Origin: an uncultured bacterium
GTDB taxonomy: Bacteria; Zhuqueibacterota; QNDG01; DTFT01
DNA length: 64,000 bases
NCBI GenBank assembly: GCA_963736115.1
Contig: CAVTNR010000027.1
Span: forward strand, 128,098 to 192,097
Direction: 5' to 3'
Shown: in pieces, positions 49,522 through 62,202 of the stretch
How the letters are laid out: each line of letters starts with the position of its first letter
Numbering within the stretch: the first letter of the stretch is position 1
Made by a program: the position numbers and the translations under genes
The notes under the pieces: model-generated
The model's database searches: none
What the model was told of the DNA's origin: nothing
The model's input: only the letters and a program-made list of their open reading frames with translations

Positions 49522-50286
49522 TCATTCAAGCACCTGCGTGATCAGCGATCCGCCCTTGAGGCGGATATGAACCGGCTTGCCGACGAACTTCTGCGGGCTC
49601 TCTTCGGCGGCCATGTAATTGCCGTCGATGGCGACCAGCTCGGCGTGGTAGCGGCGGCAGACGATCCGGGCGTTGCCGTCGCCGGTCGCGCCGGCGACGG
49701 CGCGCCCCCGCAGCGCTCCGTAGACGTGAATGGAACCGCCGGCGATGACCTCGGCGCCGGAAGAGACCGATCCGAGGACGGTGATGTCGCCGTCGGGAAA
49801 AAAGATCGACTGGCCCGAGCGGACCGGCTTGTCGATCACCATCGAGGCCGGCGCGGCGAGGGCGGGCGGCGGCAGTGGCGCCGGCAATTCGCCCTTGGCG
49901 TGGGGCTCGGCGCCGGGGAACTCGATGATCTTCGCCGACGCCATGCCGCTCGCGAGCGGGGCGAGCGCCGGGCCAAGCAGATCAGGGTCGACGCCTTCGA
50001 CGGCGATCACCCGGATCGCCCGCGCTTTCAGGGCTGCGATGAGCGCCTCGGCCTCCGTCCGGTCGGGCTGAAGCCGGCTCAGATCAAGGACAACCGGGCG
50101 GTTGGCGAAGAAGGCGAAGGACTGCCGCGCGACCTCGTCGAGATCGGCGAGCCAGTCGGAAACCGGGGCCCAGGGCTCCAGCACGAAGGCGAGGAACGAC
50201 CGGCCCGAGAGCCGGAGCTTGGGACGGGACTGGGCGAGGGCGAGGGACAAGGGCTTGTTAACCGCGGTTAAGGATCGGTTAGCCAA
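49522..50286 (-). CDS. minC: Septum site-determining protein
   Basis: GRSFLA, FFANRPVVLDLS, PVRSGQ, GSIHVYGALRGRA; start uncertain. Confidence 0.9.
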   Translation of the reverse strand: MANRSLTAVNKPLSLALAQSRPKLRLSGRSFLAFVLEPWAPVSDWLADLDEVARQSFAFFANRPVVLDLSRLQPDRTEAEALIAALKARAIRVIAVEGVDPDLLGPALAPLASGMASAKIIEFPGAEPHAKGELPAPLPPPALAAPASMVIDKPVRSGQSIFFPDGDITVLGSVSSGAEVIAGGSIHVYGALRGRAVAGATGDGNARIVCRRYHAELVAIDGNYMAAEESPQKFVGKPVHIRLKGGSLITQVLE

Positions 50287-50301
50287 GGTCGCCGGAAGGA
50301 G

Positions 50302-50317
50302 GTTAACGGAGCGTTAA
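50302..50317 (-). promoter_or_regulatory. CtrA-binding box upstream of minCDE
   Basis: Minus strand TTAA-CGCTCCG-TTAAC matches the TTAA-N7-TTAAC consensus; further half-sites at 50258-50282. Confidence 0.7.
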
Positions 50318-50359
50318 GGATGAGCTTCGGAGGTGCGAATTTGCGGCGGCAGACGCGCC

Positions 50360-50734
50360 TCAGTCCTCGAGAAGCCGCTGACCGGCGGGAAGGCGCCGCG
50401 CACGGTTCCCGTCTTCGTCGAGTTCGACCAGGTGGAAGACGAGGCGCTCGCCGTCGATCATCATGGTGATCTGCTCCTCGCCGGTGGAAACGACCTCGGC
50501 CGGCCGCTGCCCGCGGCGCTCCAGGACGCGCATGCCCGCGGTCATCGCGAACATCAATTCCGGCGTCGGGACGGCGCGGCGGTCGGCCCAGGCGATGCGG
50601 TAGGGCTGGCCGTCGATGGCGATCGCGAGGTCGACCTCGACCGCGCCGAGGAGATGGTCACGGAGCATGCGGACGGCGTCGGCGAAGGACTCGTCGTCGG
50701 CAGCGGCGTCGGGCAGGGCGAGATTGCGGGCCAT
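50360..50734 (-). CDS. Hypothetical protein
   Basis: 124-aa ORF with ATG start and high-GC3 codon usage. Confidence 0.45.
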   Translation of the reverse strand: MARNLALPDAAADDESFADAVRMLRDHLLGAVEVDLAIAIDGQPYRIAWADRRAVPTPELMFAMTAGMRVLERRGQRPAEVVSTGEEQITMMIDGERLVFHLVELDEDGNRARRLPAGQRLLED

Positions 50735-50772
50735 GGGGTGAGTGTAGCCGGGAATCGGGTAGGGTGGCGTCC

Positions 50773-51674
50773 ATGAACACGATTCCGCTGACCCTGTCCG
50801 CCGACGACGTCGTCTATGCCATCGACAAGGCCGTGCCGCCGCGGCTCAGGCTGTCCGCGCCGGCGACGGTGACGATCGCCACGCTCGACGCGCGCGCCGG
50901 ACGGCTGACGCAGCCTGACCAGGTGGAGGCGACGGCGCCGGACTATCGCGACCGCTTCCCCAAGGCCAACCCCGCGACCGGCCCGATCTACATCGAGGGC
51001 GCGGAGCCGGGCGACGTGCTCACGGCGGAGATCCTCCGGATCGACCTCGGCGCGCGCGGCTACACGCTGGTCAAGCCGGACTTCGGCGTGATCCGCGGCG
51101 TGGTCGAGCGGCCGGTGGCGCGCTTCGCTGACGTGAAGGACGGGGCGATCGACTTCGCCGGGGTGCGGCTGCCGGTCCGGCCGATGGTGGGCGTGATCGC
51201 GACCGCGCCGGACGGTGAGCCGGTCGGCACGGCTTACGTCGGCCGGCACGGCGGCAACCTCGACTGCAACCTCATCGCTGAGGGCGCGACGGTGCACCTG
51301 CCGGTGCGTGTGCCGGGCGCGCTGTTCTACATCGGCGACGTCCACGCCGTAATGGGCGACGGCGAGGTGTCGGGCTCGGGCTTCGAGATCGCGGCGGAGA
51401 GATCACGGTGCGGCTCTCGCTAGCGAAGGGCGGGGCGACGGAGTGGCCGTGGCTGGAGACGGCCGACACGATCGCGACGCTGGCCTCGGCGCCGCTCTTC
51501 GACGACGCGGCGGAGGCGGCGGTGCGGGCCATGATCCCGCTTTTGATGGCGCGGCACGGGGCGAGCGAGACCGACGCCTACATGCTCGCCTCGATCCGCG
51601 GCGACCTCCGCGCCAACCAGGCCTGCCGCTCGCCGATCGACACCAGCGTCAGGTTCGAGTTTCCGAAGCTTTGA
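50773..51674 (+). CDS. Acetamidase/formamidase family protein (frameshift at ~51400)
   Basis: NPATGPIYIEGAEPGD, HGGNLD, GDVHAVMGDGE, DAYMLAS. Confidence 0.85.
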
Positions 51675-52677
51675 ACAGGTCCGGCCTGTGCCGGGCGGCG
51701 AGATCGAGTATGCGCTCTGAAGTGATGCTGCGATTGTCCGCATTGGCAAGGTACGACGCGTAATCCGGCGCGGTCGATACGAGCTTCGTGCCGAAGTCAC
51801 CGACGTCAATCTCCGCGGCCGAGGTAGGTGCGAAGAAGGCCAGGAACGGAACCGACTTGGCGACAGCCAGATGCAGCGCCAGGCTGTCGCTGGTGATCAG
51901 ATAGTCGAGAGTCCCGACAAGCGCGGCCAGGCGCATCATGTCATCGTCGGTGTTCGGCACCAGGATCGTATCGCCTGCAATCGAGCTTGCCAGGGTGAGA
52001 TTGCGGATTCGGTCGGTTCCCGCTCCCAGGAGGACGATCTTTGCGTTGCCGAGGTTCCGGGCGACCGCGACGAGCCGAACGAGAAGTTCCTGCAGAACCC
52101 CGCTCCTCAGCTCCTTCGACGGCCAGCGGGGACCGGCGTACGGATTGACCCCGATCAACGTCCTGGTGTCCCCTCGCCAGGCGAGCGCTTCGTTTTCCAA
52201 CTGAGGATCGCCATGAAACGAGAACTGAACGCCGGGAACACCGAACACTCCGGCGAAGATCTTCGCATGGCTGAGCGTGTTGTCCCGCTTCAGGCGATCG
52301 GCACTGTCCTTGCCGAGACGGGATAAGAGGCTCATGTCGAACCAAGGCGCCGCATCGGGCGTGTAGGTCATCCGGCCATCGGCGCCGGAAACGAGACCCG
52401 TGATCCGATGAGCCCTCAGCGCCGTGACAGCTGCGACAAGCGCAGCATCTTCCTCAAGAGAGAACACGTGATCGTAAACGAAGTCGCGTGACGCTTCGGT
52501 ATCGAACCACAGATCATCGATGTGCGGGTTCTTGGCGAGTATCGGACCCGCGCTCGGCGCCGTCACCCACGACAGACGAAGATCCGGAGCGAACCGGCGG
52601 CGCAGGGCGCCGGCGAAGTGGGAAGTTCTGACGACGTCGCCCAGCGCGGAGCATTTTATTATGAGGACATGTGCCAT
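51649..52677 (-). CDS. Glycosyltransferase family 9 (heptosyltransferase-like)
   Basis: IIKCSALGDVVRT, NPHID, RWPSK, ITSDSLALHLAVA. Confidence 0.85.
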   Translation of the reverse strand: MAHVLIIKCSALGDVVRTSHFAGALRRRFAPDLRLSWVTAPSAGPILAKNPHIDDLWFDTEASRDFVYDHVFSLEEDAALVAAVTALRAHRITGLVSGADGRMTYTPDAAPWFDMSLLSRLGKDSADRLKRDNTLSHAKIFAGVFGVPGVQFSFHGDPQLENEALAWRGDTRTLIGVNPYAGPRWPSKELRSGVLQELLVRLVAVARNLGNAKIVLLGAGTDRIRNLTLASSIAGDTILVPNTDDDMMRLAALVGTLDYLITSDSLALHLAVAKSVPFLAFFAPTSAAEIDVGDFGTKLVSTAPDYASYLANADNRSITSERILDLAARHRPDLFKASETRT

Positions 52678-52787
52678 AGACAGGACATAGCCCGAAAGGC
52701 GACGCGTGGCGAAGCATCGTGCGCTCCACATGGCGCGCGCACCTGATCCGATTGAATGTCGACGTGAGACAAAGGCGATAACCGAGG

Positions 52788-54074
52788 ATGACGACCGCTA
52801 GCATGCCCACGACCGAGGCGATCACCCCGCGCGCGCCGGTGACGAGAGTGCAAGTAATCCGCCGGCTGCTTCAGTCGGTGCGCCTGTCACGCCGCCGCGT
52901 GCTCGTGGTCGATCACGCTGTCCCGACGCCGGATCAGGACGCTGGCTCGCGCACCATGTTCCACGTGCTCTGCCTTTTCGCCGCGAAGCGATTTGAAGTG
53001 CACCTCTGGACGCCGGAGACGAAAGTAGACGATCGCTATCGAAGCCAACTCGTTGCGCGCGGTATCAGGATACACGCTCTCGATCCGGCCCCCTCGCCGC
53101 ATTTTGAGGGGTGGCTCAAGCAGAATGGTCAGAAGGTGGACGTGGTCTTCCTGTCGCGCCCGCGCATCGCCCGGCGTGTCATCGACCTCGTTCGAAGTTT
53201 CAGCGCGGCCAAGGTCCTGTTCTACGGCCACGACGTTCACCACCTCCGCGTCCGGATGATGGCCGCTCGTACTGGCGCGGAGCACCTCAAAGCCGGGGCT
53301 GACGCGCAGAAGGCTCTCGAAGGCGCCATCTGGCGAGAGGCCGACACTGTCTACTATCCCTCGCCGGAGGAATGCGACTACGTGAAGAGACGATGCCGGA
53401 CCGCCGGACAGGAAGTAGATGCGCGGGTCCTGCCCATCTTCGGCTTTGACGCGTTCGAGGACCCATCGACGCTGTCGCCGCGTGGACGAAGCGGAGTATT
53501 GTTCGTCGGCGGCTTTGCGCATTCGCCGAATGTTGACGGGATACGATGGTTCGCCCGCGACGTCTGGCCTGCTATCGCCTCCGCCTCGCCGGGCACGAGG
53601 CTCTCGATCGTCGGGTCGCAACCACCAAGCGAGGTTCTGGAGCTCGCGAGCGACACAATTGACGTCCGCGGATTCATCACGGACGACGCTCTCGAACTTG
53701 CCTATCGCTCCGCCCGCGTTGCCGTGGCGCCACTGAGGTTCGGCGCCGGGATGAAGGGCAAGGTGGCGGAGTCGATGCGATTTGGCTTGCCGATGGTCAC
53801 CACCAGCGTAGGTGCTCAGGGACTAGCCGAAGCCGGTGACGCCCTACTCGTCGCAGACGATGCCGACCGCCAGGCCGAGCTCGTCGTCCAATTGCTTCGC
53901 CAGGACGCTTTGTGGAAGCACACGGCGGTAGCCGCAAGCACGTTCGCGCGCCGACAATTCTCGCGGGACAGACTGTGGGCCGCAATTGCAGAAGCGCGTC
54001 TAACGATCCGGCGACCGCCTAAAATCGTCCGTGCCGGTCGCGCAGTGAAACCGGTGATCGATCGGTTCGATTGA
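52788..54074 (+). CDS. Glycosyltransferase family 4
   Basis: PTPDQDAGS, FVGGFAHSPNVDG, PLRFGAGMKGKV. Confidence 0.85.
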   Translation: MTTASMPTTEAITPRAPVTRVQVIRRLLQSVRLSRRRVLVVDHAVPTPDQDAGSRTMFHVLCLFAAKRFEVHLWTPETKVDDRYRSQLVARGIRIHALDPAPSPHFEGWLKQNGQKVDVVFLSRPRIARRVIDLVRSFSAAKVLFYGHDVHHLRVRMMAARTGAEHLKAGADAQKALEGAIWREADTVYYPSPEECDYVKRRCRTAGQEVDARVLPIFGFDAFEDPSTLSPRGRSGVLFVGGFAHSPNVDGIRWFARDVWPAIASASPGTRLSIVGSQPPSEVLELASDTIDVRGFITDDALELAYRSARVAVAPLRFGAGMKGKVAESMRFGLPMVTTSVGAQGLAEAGDALLVADDADRQAELVVQLLRQDALWKHTAVAASTFARRQFSRDRLWAAIAEARLTIRRPPKIVRAGRAVKPVIDRFD

Positions 54075-54186
54075 AGCGTCATCTTTGGCCGGGCTCTTGT
54101 CTGCATGCGACCGCGGAACCTCGCCCCATCGTTCGCGTTATCGCCGGTCGGCGGCCGAGGGCCGCCCTCGTCGGAGGCAACGCACC

Positions 54187-54468
54187 GTGGGCATTCTCTG
54201 GACCATCGTCATCGGCTTCATCGCCGGCGTGATCGCGAAGCTGATCATGCCGGGGCCGAACGAGCCGAGCGGCTTCATCCTCACCACGCATTCTCGGCAT
54301 CATCGGCGCGTTCGTCGCGACGTGGATCGGACAGGCGGTCGGCTGGTACAACGCCGACGAGGGCGCCGGCTTCATCGGCGCGACGGTCGGCGCGATCATC
54401 GTGCTCTTCATCTACGGCATGATCGCGGGACGACGGCGGGACCCGGACGTCGGCTTCCGGGACGCTAG
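54187..54468 (+). CDS. GlsB/YeaQ/YmgE family stress membrane protein (frameshifted; end approximate)
   Basis: ILWTIVIGFIAGVIAKLIMPG..GFILTT; the second frame continues ILGIIGAFVA. Confidence 0.75.
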   Translation: MGILWTIVIGFIAGVIAKLIMPGPNEPSGFILTTHSRHHRRVRRDVDRTGGRLVQRRRGRRLHRRDGRRDHRALHLRHDRGTTAGPGRRLPGR

Positions 54469-54705
54469 GGAAACGACGGGCGGCGCCGTCAGCGCCGTCC
54501 TCGAACACGGACACGTTCATGGGATCGCGGCCGGTGGCGCCGCGCCAGCGAGATAGGAGCCGGCGGCCAGCGCAATGGCGCTCAACGCCATGTTGGGCCG
54601 GGGACGCGCCGCGACGGCAGCCAGTCCGAGGCCGAAGACCACCGACAAGGCACGTTCGGTCAGGCCGAGCTGCTGGTCGGTGGTGATGACGATGCGGTCG
54701 GGCAT
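54465..54705 (-). CDS. Small membrane protein (YgaP/DUF2892-like; frameshifted)
   Basis: ERALSVVFGLGLAA..ALAAGSYL. Confidence 0.5.
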
Positions 54706-54790
54706 GGGTTTCCCCCCTGAGGTTTGTGGCAATCGGATAGGAACGCGGGAAGGGCGCGGCGGTTCCGGGGGCTGCGTTCTCCGCTCCCGG

Positions 54791-55174
54791 TTATCGCCCG
54801 AAGACCAGCGGCGCGACCAGGGCGAAGAGCGCGCCGATCACGCCCAGGGTGACGACGACGCCGAGGATCGCAAAGAGCCTGCTCCGTTCGAAGTGGCGCG
54901 ACTGGAAGGCGATCCGGACATTGGAGTGGGGCGTGACGAAGACCGCATAGTCGATGTGGCGAAGCGCTTGTTGAAGGCCTGTTCGTTGCGGAGGGGAGAA
55001 TGTCTCTGCCGGCGCCTTGGCGAACCAGTGCCACCGGACGACCTCGACGGTGCCGCCGACCGGTTCTCCGGCCATGAGCGGGGTTGCGGCGAACCGGACC
55101 TGCTGCGGGATGCTGTCCGAGAAGATGTGGAGGATCTTCGTCCGCTCACCGGCTCTGGCGACGATTTGCTTCAT
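54791..55174 (-). CDS. Hypothetical protein with C-terminal TM helix
   Basis: 127-aa ORF with a hydrophobic C-terminus. Confidence 0.55.
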   Translation of the reverse strand: MKQIVARAGERTKILHIFSDSIPQQVRFAATPLMAGEPVGGTVEVVRWHWFAKAPAETFSPPQRTGLQQALRHIDYAVFVTPHSNVRIAFQSRHFERSRLFAILGVVVTLGVIGALFALVAPLVFGR

Positions 55175-55297
55175 GCAGGGACTTCACGCCAGACGAGTTG
55201 GTGGCCCGGTCGGCCCGTCGGCCCGGCTTTCGCCCATGATAGCGGAGTCGGGCGTGGCGGTGTAACCGTCGCCGGAGGCCGGTGGCTCGCTTGCCGC

Positions 55298-55570
55298 TCA
55301 GCCCCGGGGCAGGGGCCACGACGGTCATACCGGCATCGCGCAGGAGATTGGCGTCGAGCTCGACCGGGTCGATGCGGTGGAATTCGATCAGGTCGCCCTT
55401 GCGCAACTGGATCGTGGTGGCGTGCGCCGGTAGGCGAGAAACGAGACATCCTCGATGAGTTCTTCGTCGGTGCCGACCTCGTACGCGCCGGGCGGCTGAA
55501 CGCCGTCGATGCTGTCGAAGTGGAAGGGCTGCGTGAAGGTGACGGTCTTGGTCGTGGTGCGGATTGTCAT
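55298..55570 (-). CDS. Conserved alphaproteobacterial hypothetical protein (frameshifted; end approximate)
   Basis: MTIRTTTKTVTF.QPF..PPGAYEV.TDEELIE.VSFLAYRR, continuing RIDPVELD in another frame. Confidence 0.5.
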
Positions 55571-55615
55571 GGTCGGGATCCGGGCGTGGGTTTTCCCGCG
55601 CTTGACAGAGGCAGA

Positions 55616-55880
55616 TCAGAAGTTGGCGGCGGCCAGGACGTAGAAGCTGCGCCGTTCGCCCGGCACGTAGACCGCGCGGCGACCTCGACGATCCGTTCCC
55701 GACCGGCGTCGAAGGCCGCGAGGATGCCGCTCTCGCCGGTGGCGGTTTCGGAAACAGCTTGAAGATCGCGGCCTCCTCAAGAAGGAACGGCACCTCAAGC
55801 GCGTTGTCGTGTCCCCAGAAGCGGATGCGACGCCACTTCTCGTCGTAGCTGCGGCTCTGGTTGGGGAAACTGAGCGTCAC
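55616..55880 (-). CDS. DUF1488 family protein (frameshifted)
   Basis: TLSFPNQSRSYD..IRFWGHD..EVPF. Confidence 0.65.
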
Positions 55881-56155
55881 GGTCTGCCTCGATCGGTCGG
55901 GGAGGAGCGGCAAAAGCGCCAAGACTTCCGACGCAATGATTTGCTGCGATCGGAAATGTAATGGCGAGGCTAGATATTACAAGACGACTGGCGGCCGGTG
56001 AGACGTGGACCAGGAGTAGTTTGCTGGCGGGCAGAAGAGTATTTCGTGCTCTGAGATATGATCTGCCTCTTTGATTTGGCGGTAAGCGTGTGGCGGAGCA
56101 AACCGGCAAGCCGGGCCGTGGGGCAGGTTCGTGTCCCCCCGACCGCTGAGAGGAT

Positions 56156-56500
56156 ATGGACGGACTGGGGTCGGACCGGCGACGATCCCTTCGACTTGCA
56201 GCGCCGTGCGTCGACGCGCCGGCGCCGGTCTATGAACAAGTCGTGCGCGAGCTGACGGCCGGACGGAAGGAGAGCCACTGGATGTGGTTCGTCTTTCCGC
56301 AAGCCGCGGGGCTGGGGCGAAGCGCGATGTCGGAACGCTACGCGATCCGCTCGGCCGACGAGGCGCGGGCTTACCGTGCGCACCCGATCCTTGGGGCCCG
56401 CTTGCGGGAATGCATGGCGCTGGTCGAGGGCTGGCTGACGCGCGGTCGGACGCCGGAGGAGATTTTCGGGACGGTGGATGCGATGAAGTGGCGGAGTTCG
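56156..56500 (+). pseudogene. DUF1810 family protein, truncated
   Basis: RELTAGRKESHWMWFVFPQ..GLGRS..EARAY..HPILGARLREC; homology ends at DAMKWRSS. Confidence 0.7.
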
Positions 56501-56540
56501 CGAAGCGCGTGGTCGTTCCGGAACCTCAAGATGTCCGCTT

Positions 56541-57017
56541 GGGGGAGGTCGAAATTCGCATTAGCGAATTTCGGGAGGGGGTCCCGGCCGCAAGCCGCCA
56601 GGATGGTCCGGCAGACTGCCATCGACGGGGCCGGTCAGAACTTCGTGGTTCCAGAAGCGAAGAATGCGATAATCGTTAGATGCGAGCCATTGATCCCGCT
56701 CGCCGTCGCGTTCTCGGCCGTCGTCGAACCCGTGCTGGTCGCCGTCCACCTCGATGATCAGGCGCTGCGCCGGGCAGAAGAAGTCGACGATGTACGGCCC
56801 GACTGGAGCCTGCCGCCGAAACCGCACGCCTTCAATGCCGGGTTTGCGGAGAGCGCGCCACAAGCGAAGCTCGGCCGGTGTCATCGCCGAGCGCATCGCC
56901 GAGCGCATCGCCGTCGCTAAGCGCCGATAGGCCGGCGGCACGGATCGGTGCGGCATGCCCCCTCCCGAAGTTCGGCGAAGATATCGCCGAACTCGACCTC
57001 CCCTCGGAGGGAGGTGG
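56541..57017. repeat. Inverted REP-like palindromes flanking the DUF559 gene
   Basis: GGGGGAGGTCGAAATTCGC..GCGAATTTCGGGAGGGGG (56541-56581) versus CCCCCTCCCGAAGTTCGGCG..CGCCGAACTCGACCTCCCC (56958-57003). Confidence 0.65.
56561..56956 (-). CDS. DUF559 (Vsr-like PD-(D/E)XK) endonuclease-domain protein
   Basis: MTPAELRLWRALR..FRRQAPVGPYIVDFFC..LIIEVDGDQH..RD..ILRFWN. Confidence 0.9.
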   Translation of the reverse strand: MPHRSVPPAYRRLATAMRSAMRSAMTPAELRLWRALRKPGIEGVRFRRQAPVGPYIVDFFCPAQRLIIEVDGDQHGFDDGRERDGERDQWLASNDYRILRFWNHEVLTGPVDGSLPDHPGGLRPGPPPEIR

Positions 57018-57168
57018 AGGAGGGTAGCCGGCCAAGGCTTGGTTGCGTAACTAACTGTTATTGCGGACTAAAAAATCCCCGCAGGGAGCAACGTACGTTT
57101 CGGCTTGTATCTTCCCCCGAAATCCCTAGATTTCCCTAGGCGTTATCCCCTGATTCCCATGGGTCCTT

Positions 57169-59954
<2,786 letters not shown>

Positions 59955-60091
59955 GGGCGCGGGCCCGCAACCGCTTTGGCTTCGTCGAGCGATCCGTGCG
60001 TATTCGGTAAAACTTGCTCGTCGCCCTTAACGTTGCCTTGGTGACAGCACATTCATAGTCCGGCCATTGCACCGCAGCATTTCCGGCACCG

Positions 60092-60868
60092 ATGCCCCTC
60101 CCGCTCCTCCAGCAGCCTGCGGTGACGACGTTGGCCGTGACCACCGCGGCCGTGATGCTGTCGGTCGCCGTGATGCAGGCCACCATGTGGTGGGTCGGCT
60201 ATGACGCGGGTTATCTGCCGGCATTGCTCGCGGGCGCCATTCCGGCGGTGATGGTGCCGTTCACCATCTATCCGCTTGCCAAAACCAATCGCCGCCTCCG
60301 CCGGGTGCAGGGCGAACTGGAGCGAATTGCGCTCACCGACGTACTCACCGATCTCCCGAACCGCCGCGCTTTCTTCGAAAGCGCCGAACGGATGCTGGCT
60401 GCACCCCCCACCGCGGATCATCCGGTGGCGGCGCTGATGATCGACGTGGATCACTTCAAGGCAATCAACGACACAGGCGACGGACGCGGCGACGAGGTGC
60501 TCCGCGCCCTTGCCACCGCGATCCGCGATACTGTCGCCGAGGCGAGGCCCACGGACTGGACGGTGGCCAGGCTCGGCGGCGAGGAATTCGCCGTAGTGAT
60601 GGTCGGGCTGGCGCCGACCGAGGTGGCGCGGCTCGGCGAGCGCATCTGCCATGTGGCCCGACAACTCCGCCGTGACCTGCCTTCGCCGGCGACAACAACG
60701 ACCGTAAGCGTCGGGGTGGCCTTGCGCCGTGGAGACGAGGACATCGACGAACTGCTGCGGGCCGCAGACGATGCCGTCTATCAGGCGAAGCAAGCAGGAC
60801 GCGATCGGTGTGTCTTCGCCACGCCGGCGAAGTCTTCGCCGAGGCAGGCACCACTCGCTTCAACGTGA
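60092..60868 (+). CDS. Membrane-bound diguanylate cyclase (GGDEF)
   Basis: TDVLTDLPNRR, DVDHFKAIND, RLGGEEF, AD.AVYQAKQAGR. Confidence 0.9.
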   Translation: MPLPLLQQPAVTTLAVTTAAVMLSVAVMQATMWWVGYDAGYLPALLAGAIPAVMVPFTIYPLAKTNRRLRRVQGELERIALTDVLTDLPNRRAFFESAERMLAAPPTADHPVAALMIDVDHFKAINDTGDGRGDEVLRALATAIRDTVAEARPTDWTVARLGGEEFAVVMVGLAPTEVARLGERICHVARQLRRDLPSPATTTTVSVGVALRRGDEDIDELLRAADDAVYQAKQAGRDRCVFATPAKSSPRQAPLAST

Positions 60869-60929
60869 AGCGCACTGCACGCAAGGAATTTTCCGAACCA
60901 CTCCCTGGGTTCGACGTGTCATTCGACCG

Positions 60930-61902
60930 GACAGGCTCGCCAAAACCGTAGTTACCATTCGCGTCGGTCAGACGCGCCGGTGGTTCCAGAGATCAAAGCT
61001 ATCGTTGTTGTTGAGGTCGATGTAAACAGGCTGTTCGACCAGGGGAGATTCGGTGTCACCATGGACGCCATCGCCGTTTTCATCGTTCCAGACCGTGCCC
61101 TGGATGTTGCCGATGGGCGGAATCGCATTGGGAAGTCGGCGCCGACATTCCCCCGACTTCGACATTCACGTGCTGGATCGTCGATACGTTCTCCAAGGGA
61201 AAGAGTCCCGACGAGATTGGCTGGTATCCGATCCTGTGGGATTTCGTAGATGTCGACCGGGCCGCCTGGCACGTTCGTGATTTGATAGGCCCCGCCACGA
61301 TCCGTTAGCGCGACGGCTCCCCCGTGTTCAGGACCTGATCACCATTGGTATCAGCGAAGACGGTCCAGCCGACGAGACCATTTTCGTCGGGCCCAGGGCT
61401 CCGTCCCCATCAACGTCATCAAAGACGGTTCCCGACACGGGACCGGTGGTGGCTATCGACGCCACATTGGGGAAGCTGACACGAGTTTCTTTATTGTTGC
61501 GAACGCGAAGGAACTGGTGGTCCGTGAAACCGGGCGTCGGTTCATAGCCGGACGGAGCAATTTCGTAGAACCCGACTCCGCGGCTGCAGTCACGCCGGAG
61601 ATCGCGAATCGGCCGCGTGTGTCGGTCACCGCCATCGGCTCACCGGCGTTGAACTGTCCGTTACCGTCGCTGTCGACGAAGACGGTCCAACCTGCTAGGC
61701 CGTCTTCGCCTGGATCGTCGATTCCGTTGACGTTAGTGTCCAGAAACACGTTGCCCGAGACGTCTCCGGCCATGACTTGTCGAGCTTCTGACGTCTCAAC
61801 CGACATCGGCGAAACCGATCGGCTACGTCCGACCCGCCGCTTCGTCGCCCGCGTCTCGATCCTAGCGAATTGAAGCAGCGACTGAAAACGAGATAAATTC
61901 AT
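60930..61902 (-). CDS. Planctomycete-type surface protein with SdrD B-like repeats (fragmented; truncated at junction)
   Basis: RR..E..E.RQVMA leader; three SG.VF.D..G.G..E.GL.GWTVF.D.DGNG-type repeats in different frames. Confidence 0.65.
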
Positions 61903-62202
61903 CAACGTGAACCTCCCCATTGGCTGGCCATCGAGTCCCCGCCGCCCTACGGCGACATTTCGGACATCAGTGGAGAGTTGGAACCGCCGCAGGCGTCCGC
62001 CAAGAAATTTCCCGATTATCCGGGCGAGCACCGGGGATGTCGTGTTGGGGCTTGACGGGCGAACACTAAGACTAGAACTAACGAATCGCCCGTTCGCCTG
62101 GAGGCGTATCGACTTGCGTCGCGCCCCCTGTTGGCCTTCAAGTCGGCTTAGGGTGATTCGCATACAGGGATGCTCGTTGTTGTCTTCGGGTCGTCGCCAT
62201 TC

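Noticed and set aside
56500-56920. DUF1810 fused to a novel C-terminal domain (ORF 56156..56920)
   Set aside because: The extension is the antisense of the DUF559 gene and its palindrome.
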